Assembly: GCF_000372725.1 (NCBI RefSeq)
Contig: NW_005202368.1
Location: 480,293 to 507,872, forward strand
Reading direction: 5' to 3'
DNA length: 27,580 bases
DNA from: Emiliania huxleyi CCMP1516
Taxonomy: Eukaryota
Shown here: positions 10,520-20,707 of the stretch, in pieces
Numbering within the stretch: the first letter of the stretch is position 1
Layout of the letters: the number at the start of each line of letters is the position of its first letter
The notes under the pieces: generated by a model
What the model saw: only the letters and a program-made list of their open reading frames with translations
Database searches by the model: none
What the model was told of the DNA's origin: nothing
Position numbers and translations under genes: made by a program

Positions 10520-11025
10520 GGTGGCGGCGCTGTGATCGTGGAGGCCAGCGGCGACGTCTCGATGAAAGGTGTCAGCTTCAGCGAGTGTACGGCTGGCGCG
10601 GTGCGTCTTACGCCCTCTCCCTCCCACACACTGCTCGGCGCGATGCTTCACCGTGCAGAAAATTGGACGCCTCCCCGAGAGCCACTCTGCTTGCCCGGGC
10701 GGGACACTGACGCCCTGCTAGCGCTGCCCGCCTCGTTCAGGGTGGCGCTGTGTACGTGAGCGGCAGCGGCGATGTCTCGATAGACAGTGCAAGCTTCAGC
10801 GAGTGCACGGCTGACTATGTGCGCCGCCACCCTCCCCCCCCCCCCCCCCCGTGCCGCGGCCTCTCTCTTCGGAGCTCGAGGAGAACCTCTCCCAGTAGGG
10901 CCACAAGCGGCGGCACTCGATGCATCGCACAGTCTGATGAGGGCGCCCTCTGTCGTTGGCGCAGCGAGTGGTAGGCATCGCGAACGCGGCGTGCACGAGC
11001 ATGAGCGCCGGCAAAGGGGCGCCAA
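10520..11025 (+). pseudogene. Fragment of a GGAV-repeat (polymorphic membrane protein/pectin-lyase-like beta-helix) gene
   Basis: Phase-0 AG/GT exons 10520-10600 (GGGAVIVEASGDVSMKGVSFSECTAGA) and 10741-10818 (GGAVYVSGSGDVSIDSASFSECTADY). A frameshifted third unit lies near 10933-11020 (EGAL../VVGIANAACTSMSAG). No start exon found. Confidence 0.6.
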
Positions 11026-11464
11026 GCTCATGCCGCGCGGTGGTGGGCGATGCAGGGGTAGGCGCAGTCGAGACGGCAGTTTCCGAGAACCATCTCCCCA
11101 CCCTGTCAATATTCTCGGTTGGTCGTACTGAGGCATACCATGCGCACGACTGGGTGAGAAAGTGAGGGGTGGCAAAGAAAGGAGACGCGTAGTAGGGATC
11201 CGGAAAACGAATGACGTCCGTCACGTACTCCGAAAATCTCCATAATGGCCACGGAAACTTGAAAGCGTAACAGTGTCCCCAGCGCGCCGAACGAGCGATG
11301 TTGACCCATATGACTTGTTGGATCAGCATGGCGTAGGAGATGTTGCTCGGAGCTGTTTTGGCTGAGCTCACCAGCTCTGCGGTCCATGGTTCGAACTCGG
11401 CTTCGCGATCGCGGAGCGACGCGGACGCGCGCGTGTGCGCCTGCGACAAGACGAGACGAGACGA

Positions 11465-11499
<35 letters not shown>

Positions 11500-11905
11500 C
11501 GAACTTTTGGTAGCGGTCATCGAGATCGCAAGCGGTGACGCTGACAGCAGCCGGTTCGGGCGAGCGCGGTGCGTCGAGCCAGTCGCAGAGCATCCACCAA
11601 AAGGGGGGTGCAGCTTTTGCTGGAGGCTCCACAGGTCCATCCACGGGCCGTGTGCCGAGGTGGAGCGTCTCGGCGGCCTCGAGGGTACGAAGGTCGGGGG
11701 GTTCGTCCACCTCACGAGGGCTCCATGTCGGTGTAATCACACCGCGGCCAGGAGCGGGAGCGCCAGAGAGAAGGCAAAAGGCATGACAAGCAAAGACTCT
11801 CTCTAACGCCGCGGTCAAAAGAGACCGACGGACCTTGAATTTCGGCGGACGCCGAAATTCACACAAGACTGTGAACACACCCACAGGACGCCAAGTACAA
11901 GACAA
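10796..11905 (-). CDS. Hypothetical protein; boundaries uncertain, coding-like core about 11080-11700
   Basis: Long stop-free frame with an aromatic-rich, protein-like core (RWGHCYAFKFPWPLWRFSEYVTDVIRFPDPYY). No family recognised. Confidence 0.35.
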
Positions 11906-12183
11906 TACGAAGGGAGTGTACTCAGGCAGTCAGGGACGGATGAGTCAGAACATACTAAGAGCACCTAAAGGAGCAAGGCATACAGCTGTGAAGTGGTCTC
12001 TCCACTGACACCTAGCTTGCTTTCTTGCCAAGCATGCTGCGCCATACCAGTGGACTCAGGTGTGCGACCGTTCGCCTCTCTGCTGCCTCGGCGTCTGCCT
12101 CTGCACTCTGCTGCCTCGGCGTCTGCCTTTACCTGCCCATGCTGCTCCGCCTCAAAGATCGCTGCGCGATGGTCTTGCTAAGG

Positions 12184-13053
12184 TCAACGCTTGCACGCGA
12201 CAGCTTTTGCCTTGTGTGTGGCGAGCGTGAGATACCGAGCGTCCCACGCACCCCACGCAGCATGAGGATCGAAGCGGGAAAGCCAGCGGTAGACTGACGC
12301 GAGCGTCGCGTTTGCCGCAGCGCAGCCTTCCGCCGACAAATCGGAAACGTTGCCACTCCGCATTGCCGGGCAGGCCTCGAGCAAATGCGTGTCAACGGTA
12401 CGGAGGCGTTCGGGAAACGCAGTGGCCGCCCGCTTGTGCGCGGCGACTCCGGCACCGTACCGTTTGAACGCTTCGTCACCGCGCACACCACGCTTTGCCC
12501 ACGAGTGCAGCTGGGAGGCTTGCGACTTCTGCGCGACCACCACAGGCACCCCTGGTGTGCTACGCATGACTTCGTCGAGAACATAAACGTATGCTGGCGT
12601 CTTGTCCAGCAATGACTTTGCGCCCACCCGCTGTAGGCACAGCGACTGGTTAAGCAAAATGCTGTACGCATGCTGGTGGCACGCAGCCTTGTCAATCTGC
12701 GCCGCCGCATCCCGCCCTGGCAGGCGCCAGCGTTGTGGAAGCCAATTGTGAAAGGGCTGGACGCGCGTGAACTCGCGTGGCGAGCAGGCCAGCAGTAGGC
12801 CGCATTCAAAGGCACCAAAAATGTGCGGCGAGGACATGATCAGCTGAGAGAGCACGGTCGTCCCTGAGTTCTCAAACCCGGTCACAATCACGGAGAGGCT
12901 GGCATCAAAGGGCATGCCGCTGCACTCTGGCCGCGGCGAACACGCGCGCGTGCTCTGCCAGATGTAACGTCCGTCTATCTGCTGCAGAGCGCGTGTGCTC
13001 TGCCAGATGTTATGTCCGTCTTCCTGCTGCAGAGCGCGTGCCGATTGCTGCAT
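12184..13053 (-). CDS. Sulfotransferase (Sulfotransfer_3/TPST-like P-loop fold), no intron seen
   Basis: 5'-PSB-like VIVTGFENSGTTVLSQLIMSSPHIFGAFE and LLDKTPAYVYVLDEVMRSTPGVPVVVAQK. Start uncertain: ATG 13053, ATG ~12915, or an upstream exon. Confidence 0.75.
   Translation of the reverse strand: MQQSARALQQEDGHNIWQSTRALQQIDGRYIWQSTRACSPRPECSGMPFDASLSVIVTGFENSGTTVLSQLIMSSPHIFGAFECGLLLACSPREFTRVQPFHNWLPQRWRLPGRDAAAQIDKAACHQHAYSILLNQSLCLQRVGAKSLLDKTPAYVYVLDEVMRSTPGVPVVVAQKSQASQLHSWAKRGVRGDEAFKRYGAGVAAHKRAATAFPERLRTVDTHLLEACPAMRSGNVSDLSAEGCAAANATLASVYRWLSRFDPHAAWGAWDARYLTLATHKAKAVACKR
12945..13040. repeat. 45-bp in-frame tandem duplication
   Basis: Encodes RALQQEDGHNIWQST and RALQQIDGRYIWQST on the minus strand. 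Confidence 0.85.
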
Positions 13054-16000
13054 CAAGCACCACAACCACCTGGTGGCTCACCAACGCACGCTCGTCGTGA
13101 TCCGGGCTCGTCGAGCGGGAGCAAGCCGGGGGACACCTTCGACTGGCCCACGATGAGCGTCGCCCCCTCCCGAGATCTGGTCGCGAAGCGACCGTGTTGT
13201 TTGTTTGTGTGTGTATCCGCGCTCTTGGCGCGATTACGAGAGGGACTAGTTTGTGTCGCACTAGTTGTACTTTTCGTAATAGTATTCATTGCTCCTAGCG
13301 TGCAGGCCATGGAAGCTCGTCAGACCGTCTCGAACCCGCGCACGGGGAAGCTTCACGGGTTCGAGTCGTCAAACATTAAGTAAGTAGCGGAGGTATGCCG
13401 AGGGGGAGTGTGTATCGCGCGCCTTGGCCGTCGCCAACCGATCGGTCGATGAGATCTCCGTCGCGTGGGCCCACCACATTAGCTGAGAAGCGCATCCAGC
13501 GGGCCGGATGATCGGCATCGGGCTACGGGCTAGAGAGCCCTGACCCCTAGCTAGGGGGGGGCGCGCATTCGCAGGGCAAGGGCCTTAAAGTAAACACGGG
13601 TCTCCGAGGGTTAGTTCTGCGCTTTGGGTGTCCCCTAGCGGCGGAACGCCCCCTCTACTCGGAGCTAGTAAACACCAGACACTAGACACGAGCATGACGT
13701 ACACTCTCACCCGACATCGCCACTCAGGGCTCCTCCGCCCGATCTCCCCACCCCCCATCCGAGGGGGCTCCCCTCTCCTCCCGGTCCTCCCTCCTGTTCG
13801 ATTTCCGATGGTTCGGCGTCGGCTGCGGAGCCCGCCTTCCCCTCTTATACTTCTTCGACCGCGGCCTCGCCGCCGTCTCGTCTTCGGGGGCTATTCTTGT
13901 TGCCTCCGCCTCCGGCGATCCCGTGCCCGACTCCTCGGGTGAGGGCGGCGGCATTCGATCGCCACGCCGCCCCTCCCCGGGGGGTGGGGCCAGCTCTCTT
14001 CGGTCGAGGACTCGCGCCCGCCCCCGCGGTCTCTCTATCGTCCTCGGCTCGTCCGTCCGTCCCGACTCTACTCGCAGAGGCCGCGTCAGCTCGTCTCTCG
14101 CCTTCCTCCGACAGCTGACCCCAGCCCCCCCCCGGGGCCCTCCGGTCTCGGCCCTCCGGCTCGCCGGCGGGTTCGTTATTGTGTTGCGGCAACTCCCCCC
14201 TCCCAGCTCCTTCTCCCGGGTACGCCAGCCTCCGGCGGGGCGGTTCCGGATCCCCCAGGTTATTCCGAGCGGGTCCACACGGTGGCGGCCCCGCCGGCGG
14301 CGGGGGTGGAGGCGGTGGCAGGGGCGGCGGGTATGGTGGCGGCCCTTGCGGTCCAAAGCTTTCTAAATTCTTTATTTACCCTCGTATAACTTGACGCGGC
14401 GCCCGACCCACGCCGTGTCGCGGATGGACTGTGGCGCGCTTCACAGCCGTACCTGCGGTCCCTGTCGTTGCCATGCGATGCCCTACGCTCCAAACCAACT
14501 CGTCCTACCGCTCTGACCCAAACCTGCACCTCCACCATGGTGCCGAGCGGGTGTGGCACAGCGGGGCCACAGGCGGGTGGAGCGGCCGGTAAACCCTGCT
14601 CTCCGTTCGCTCGAAGAGGCGCGCGCGGCCCTCACACCGACGGATGGACCCTCGCGACTTGTCTCGCGCGTAAGATCGTACCCGCCCGCGAGATACTGCT
14701 GGCTTACCGCCAGCCAGAAGCGTCACGATGGCGCCGCATTCCACGTCAGGCAGCCAAGACGCCGCTCGTACCTGGATGTTCAGAGCTGCATCACTCATGT
14801 CTGTCGAGTACGCGACGGCAACACGCGAACGGGCATGCTCCGGGGCAGATGAATCGCGTGCGAGGGTGCATGCCACCACCCGCCACACCTACCTCTTGCG
14901 CCCGTTGCCCTCCAAACCCTTTGCAGCAGCACAGGCGAGATGCAGCGCGCAGCCCGTAACCTCATCCTGGACGCCTTGCTACAGGTGCGCTGATGGGCTG
15001 CGCGTGAGGCTGCGACCTAGAGGTCACCCTCACGCTCGACTTTGAGCCGAGCCCAGACCGTCCTGGTGCCGCAGTGATCTGGTGGGTAATCTCAATCTCC
15101 CGCAGCCGAGGCGACACCTCGCCGGCTAACAAAATGCTGTCTGTGGGTGTCAATTCCTCGTCATACACCTAGAGGAGGCGGATCTCTGAGCGTTCGCGCG
15201 CAGCATTGTCGATGCACGTCTCTCTAGCTGTCTATCTGGGCCGGGCACAGTGCTCTTGCGTCTTGGCATGAGAGGTGAGTTTTCCGCTCGCTGGTGCTGC
15301 GTCGTCGGGCGACCAGCGTCGTAATCACTCGTGTTAAGACTCGTATTTAAGCCAAGAGAAAAAAACTGTTCAGTTTTCAAAGGCAAAAACGCCAGCCTAC
15401 GCCCTCCCCTCACACTGACACTTCTCCCCTATTCCCGTCTTTAGGTTGCGCACATCTCCCAGCGAGCTAGGTTCTCCGCTTTTTCTCCCCTAGTCATCTG
15501 CCCGCGCCGCGCGCCTCTGTGGGCGTCTAGTGCAGCCACTGACAGAACTGTTCCAAAGGAGTGGTCAACGTCTCGCCTGAAGTCGGGTGGGCTCGCGCAC
15601 TGCTTAGCCCTAGGGGAGGGGTGTGTGTGAGGTGTCGGAATGGTAAGGTTTCAGGCCGCCAAGGTGTGGGGGATTTGGGGGATGAGTCAGGAGCCAGCAG
15701 CCTTCCTGCTGGACCTGAGTTCACAGCTCCTCCGCCCGACGGGGTGGTCCCTTGGATTCGGGCCCCGCTCCCTTTTCCTGCGCCTGGTCTGTCCCTGTCA
15801 AGTGTGTGTTGCGAGATGCAGAGCTGGTTAGGCTGGAGCGCGGGCGGTGCGGTGGCAGGCGAGGGCAGCGCGGTAGGCGAGAGGCGGCCGCGGGGCTTCG
15901 AGTGGCGCGATAGGAGGGTAGGCTGGCTGTGGAGGGGCGCCGCGTGGCCTCAGCAAATGAGTAGTGCTTTATGAGCGGCCAGTTTTGTGCGTATTGCATA

Positions 16001-16367
16001 TCGAGCCTGCGGTGTGGCCTAGTTGGTGCAGCGTTCGGGTCGGGGACGTTTTGGTCGTTGGTTCGAGCCCAGCTGGTGCAGTTCGTAGTCGCGTAGCGCG
16101 CGGGTGCGCGGCAGCCTCTCAGGAGCTTAAGGTAGAGCTGAGCGTCCAAGACGCCTCGGTGCCTCCCACCGGGTGAGACCATCCGGATCTATCTGCCGCG
16201 CCCTCCGTACGCAGCAGTCCCCGCGATGGCCCACGGTCCTCCGTCGCCTGGTTGAACCCCCTGCCTCCCGGTTGACCCCCCGGTCCCCGTACACGACCAT
16301 GAAATAAACTCAAAGTCCACCACAGCCACCACCCACCACCTCCACCGTCGAGCCGCGATCGCTGCCG

Positions 16368-16640
16368 CCCGCGACGCCGCCCGCCGCGTCAGATAGCCGC
16401 GACGCGCGCATCGAGTCGCGTCGGAGAGCCGCGCCGCACCAGCAGCAGCATCTGCACCACCAGCAGCAGCAGCAGCACCACCACCACCACCCGAGAGAGA
16501 AGCGCACCTGCCCGACGCCGCCCGCCGCGTCAGACGCTCGCGACGCGCGCGTCGAGCCCAGTCGCACAGCCGCGCCGCGCCAGCAGCAGCATCGGCACCA
16601 GCAGCAGCAGCACCACCACCACCACCAGCAACAGAGACAG
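16368..16640 (+). repeat. Diverged ~140-bp tandem duplication containing (CAG)/(CAC) runs
   Basis: CGACGCCGCCCGCCGCGTCAGA...AGCCGCGCCGC.CCAGCAGCAGCATC occurs twice. Confidence 0.8.
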
Positions 16641-16847
16641 GCAGTGCAGGCGCAGAGGCGCTCGCAGAGCGGCGCTCAGCGCCGCGCACGCCACGCTGCG
16701 GACCGTCGGACGAGCGCACCGTACGTCGGCGGCGAGCCGCGTCGCCAGCCGTCTCGCGAGAGAGCGGCGCCGCCGCGTGCGCGCGGCAGCCGCCGCGGCA
16801 GAGGCGAGCCGCGGCGACGTCCGCACTAACGGATAACGGCCATTGGC

Positions 16848-16851
<4 letters not shown>

Positions 16852-16893
<42 letters not shown>
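16852..16893 (+). repeat. (CT)n microsatellite
   Basis: Directly visible. Confidence 0.95.
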
Positions 16894-16896
<3 letters not shown>

Positions 16897-17113
16897 TTTT
16901 ACGCTTGTCCCCCCCCTTGCTCGTGTGTCTGAGCTTTCTGCGGACCAGGCCACACGCGATCGGCAGTCTACTTGGGTTTGTTAATTATGAACGATTTAGT
17001 CCAGAAACATCGTACCAAAATCACACGGCATGCTCAGAACATCGAACCGGCCCAACGATGTGCCGCGGAGCGGCTACTAACGCTAGATTGGGTAGCCGGC
17101 ACAGTATGAATAC

Positions 17114-18217
17114 ATGCCGTCAACAAGCGAAATCTGGACGCGCGAGCAGCAGCGACGGCTGGAGAGCGCGCTCCGCGATACGAGAGCGTCGGGCGTCCCT
17201 GTGCGAGAGCGCTGGGACCGCATCTCGCGCGCCGTTGGCAGGCCGCCACGGGAGTGCGCGGAGCGGTGCCGCGCAATCGCGGCGGCCCTGCGTTCGCGCC
17301 CTCCGCCGCCTCTGCTGCGGCTCGGCCTCGACGAGTTGCTCCTCGTCCTCGAGCTGCTCGGCGGTCCCGACCTCTGCGCATTTGCGAGCAGCAGCAAGGC
17401 GCACGCGGCGAGTGCACGGCACCGCAGCCTGTGGCTCGCGCTCGACCGCACGCTGCCGCCGTCGCTGCAATACGGCACGATGGAGCGCGGCGGCGAGGAG
17501 GTGTGGGCCTACGTCCTCCGCGTCCGCCGAGCGCTGCACGGCGCGTGGCAGCGGCTCAAGCTGCACCAGGCCGGCCACAACCCGTACCTGGCCGATATCG
17601 GGAGCGTGGTGGGGGGCAGCTTCACGCCGACGGGCGGCGTGCTGCCGTACCGCTTGAAGTACGGGGCCGTCGCCGAGCTGGTGCAGCTGCAGGTGCGGCG
17701 CGATGGCGACAGGACGACCAACGCCGCCACCTACAAGGCGGTGGCCGAGTTCATAACACGCCACTCCCCCGACTCGCGCTCGTTCTCGGCGCCGATCCAC
17801 ATGACCGTGCGCGAGATCTTCAAGGTCTGCTACCCTGGCTTTGGCTCGGGCGTCGGCTCCACCGGTGTCGCTCCAGGCGTGCGCGCCGGCGGCTCGTCGA
17901 CGAGCGGCGGCGCGCGAGATCGCCGAGAGATAGCCGAGAGATAGCCGAGAAACAGCGGGGAGATAGCCGAGAGATAGCCGAGAGCTAGCCGAGAGATAGC
18001 CGAGAGCTAGCCGAGATGTAGGCGACGAGCGGCGGCGCGAGAGATAGCCGTGCTGCAACTGTGAAGCAAGAGTGTGAACGGCGCAGAGCTGTGAATAGGC
18101 GCGAGTGGCGCCTTTGTGGGGAAGGGCGTCGCGACGATGACCAAGGGACTTGGCGACGAGGAGCTGCGCAAGCGGCTCGACACGGAGCACGTCTTCTTCG
18201 CCCTCATCTCGCACTGA
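17114..18217 (+). CDS. SANT/Myb-like domain plus F-box-like motif protein, two exons (17114-17909, 18099-18217)
   Basis: WTREQQRRLESAL...RWDRISRAVGRPPRECAER is SANT-like. PLLRLGLDELLLVLELLGGPDLCAFASSSK...LW is F-box-like. GC-AG intron 17910-18098 contains (GCCGAGAGATA)n. Exon 2 reads ASGAFVGKG...DEELRKRLDTEHVFFALISH*. Confidence 0.8.
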
Positions 18218-18484
18218 CAGTGGGTGCGCCGCATGTGTCTCGCGCCTTGCGCGCGCGGGGGGGGGGGGGGCAGCATAGGAAGAGGTGATGAATTTAGATA
18301 TAGAGACTCTAAATAAATAAAAACGGACACCTCTACTGTGAGATGGGTAAAAAGGAACACACGCGTAGTCCGCACCAACCAGATTAGTTGTAGAATGGGG
18401 AAATGAATCTATGTGCGGAGTGCGCTGTCCTGACCGGGGCCTCCCGCGGGGGACGGGCACTCGGGCACGCGGGGGAGTCGGAGA

Positions 18485-18602
18485 GGTAAGGTAAGGTAAG
18501 GTAAACGTCTCCACACACACAAAGTGGTGGGGCAAGGGGGGGCGACCCTCGCATCTCCACGCCCGGACACGGGCAGGAGCCCCACGGCATTCAAAGTGCA
18601 AG
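18485..18602 (-). mobile_element. Short interspersed element with (CTTAC)n tail, copy 1
   Basis: Similar over ~115 bp to 19906-20019; the minus strand ends in CCTTACCTTACCTTACC. Confidence 0.55.
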
Positions 18603-19269
18603 CACCGGCCGCAGACCAGCAGACGGCATCGGCCGCCGAGGGAGCGTTGGGAAGAGGCACGAGGAGGGCGGCGACCTCAACCGACTATGGAGGAAGTAAT
18701 ATATCTTTACTTCCAAAACCCGGACGTTCCCAGGGTTATGGAAGGTTCGACGCACCCCCGGACTGGGCGGAAAAATCCCACAGGGCATCTGGCCTGGGCA
18801 CTCCGAGCTCCGAGCAGGCGGAGCAGGGAGAGAGAGAAAGCTTCCGAGACGGAGGAGGAGGAAGCGGGTGAGCCGACGCCGGCGGCCGGTTCGGACCAAC
18901 GCGTGGGAGCGGCCAGCGAACGATGGAGCTTGCGAAGCGGCGGCGGAGGGAGGCGCGGCGGAGAACGGCTCGGTGGATGCAGCGGGCGCAGAGGGCGATA
19001 CCGTCGCGGAGACGGCGCGGCGAGGGGCGGCGGAAGCGGCAGCAGATGTGGGCCCGCTGCAGGAGGCACCTCCTACCGCCGCAGCGTCTCCGCGGCGGAA
19101 TCACCTGGCGGCCGCTCTGCCGTCATACGACTTTTCAGCCTCCTCTACCTACCTCCGGCTCCGGCTAGACATGCGGCGCAACCGCCGCCTCTCCCCCACC
19201 GGGTCGGACGGCCTCGCGCGCGCCGCGGCTGGCAGAAGAGCGGCCGTCTTCGCGGCTGCATCGTCTGTC

Positions 19270-19890
19270 CGGCTCCACGAGGCCTTTCCGAGGCACTTCC
19301 GCGCGGGCCGAGGGACTCATCGGCCCCTCACATCCCGGAGGGACGGCGCACGCACTGCCCAGTGACCGGGCGGGTCTGCCCCGACTAGGAGCGCCGGGCC
19401 CAGCCGGACGGAGAAGACCATCCCACTCGCGGTGCGTCGCGCCGGCCGCGGTCCGGTTTTCGTCTCGAGCGGGTCGCGAGACGGCCGCGAGAGCGAGCAC
19501 CGCGGTCACAGTGCCGTGGAGGCCACGGACGTCGCCGGAGCGGCACTATCGGGGCGCCACTCCCTCACCCGGTCGGGGGGTGGGGGGGAGGGCAACTACA
19601 GCCCGCCTCACCGTCCGTGGAGCTTCCGTGGTCCGCTGTTCCGGCTTGGATTTTCGACCCTCCCGAGGCTGCTATAGAGCAGCCCCGCGGAGCCTCCCGG
19701 ATGCACCAGCACACCCCGTCGTCCAGGACGACGGCGCAAGCGCTGCCCAGTGACCGGGTGGGTCGGCCCCGACTAGGGTCGGGCCCAGCCGCGCGGAGAA
19801 GACCACCAAACTCGAAACACGTCGCCACGGCCGGCTGTTTTGCAAGCCTGAGCGGGTCGCCAGACACCCGCGCGGAGAGCCAGCAGCTAG
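19270..19890 (+). repeat. Diverged tandem duplication, period about 390 bp
   Basis: CTGCCCAGTGACCGGG.GGGTC.GCCCCGACTAGG..GGGCCCAGCCG..CGGAGAAGACCA near 19355 and 19743; GAGCGGGTCGC near 19467 and 19850. Confidence 0.75.
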
Positions 19891-19905
19891 AGCGCCGTCG
19901 TAGCC

Positions 19906-20019
19906 GGTAAGGTAAGGTAAGGTAGACTTCTCCACACACACGAGGTGGTGGGGCAAGGGGGGGCGACCCTCGCGTCTCCACGTCTAACGACAGGAGCCCC
20001 ACGGCATTTAAAGTGCAAG
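19906..20019 (-). mobile_element. Short interspersed element with (CTTAC)n tail, copy 2
   Basis: Same orientation and about the same 5' end as copy 1. Confidence 0.55.
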
Positions 20020-20040
20020 GCCCGGTGCGCGTGGGTGAGC

Positions 20041-20072
<32 letters not shown>

Positions 20073-20076
<4 letters not shown>

Positions 20077-20624
20077 CCCGGGCATTCACACTATATTCCT
20101 CTGAGATAATATTATATTTCGCCGCCACCGCGGCGCGCGCGCTTTATCCGCGCGCTATATTAGTAGAGCCAAACTTGTGTTCTTGTTTTGGATCAAACTT
20201 GTTACAGCTCAGCGAACGCGATGCGGCCTCTGCCTAGCCTCCTGCTCCTATGCGCGAGCTACGGCGTGACCGCTAGCGAGTATGACTTCTCTACCGGGAC
20301 TACTCACGAAGGCTGCCTCGCGGGCCATCTCTACTGGCCTGATCAAGCAGCTCGACGACTTTCATGCCCTTTGAATTTATTTGTCCCTCGCGCCCCGCAC
20401 TCGGGCCAGGAGGGGCTGTTCCCGGGCATTCACACTATATTCCTCTGAGATAATATTATATTTCGCCGCCACCGCGGCGCGCGCGCTTTATCCGCGCGCT
20501 ATATTAGTAGAGCCAAACTTGTGTTCTTGTTTTGGATCAAACTTGTTACAGCTCAGCGAACGCGATGCGGCCTCTGCCTAGCCTCCTGCTCCTATGCGCG
20601 AGCTACGGCGTGACCGCTAGCGAG

Positions 20625-20626
<2 letters not shown>
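20073..20626 (+). mobile_element. Miniature or deleted Ty1/copia-like LTR element (TRIM-like)
   Basis: Identical 210-bp direct repeats 20073-20282 and 20417-20626, each starting TG. The 134-bp interior encodes LLTKAASRAISTGLIKQLDDF*, like a copia RNase H C-terminus. A purine tract AGGAGGGG lies just before the second repeat. Flanked by (GT)n on both sides. Confidence 0.7.

Positions 20627-20706
<80 letters not shown>
20627..20706 (+). repeat. (GT)n microsatellite; the other part is at 20042-20074
   Basis: Directly visible. Confidence 0.95.

Positions 20707-20707
<1 letters not shown>

Noticed and set aside
13012..13383. ORF with a hydrophobic stretch (VCVALVVLFVIVFIAP)
   Set aside because: No recognisable homology, and it overlaps the sulfotransferase 5' end on the opposite strand.
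13400..16300. Possible decayed retroelement or Gly-rich gene
   Set aside because: No RT, integrase, recombinase or transposase motif and no terminal repeats were recognisable.
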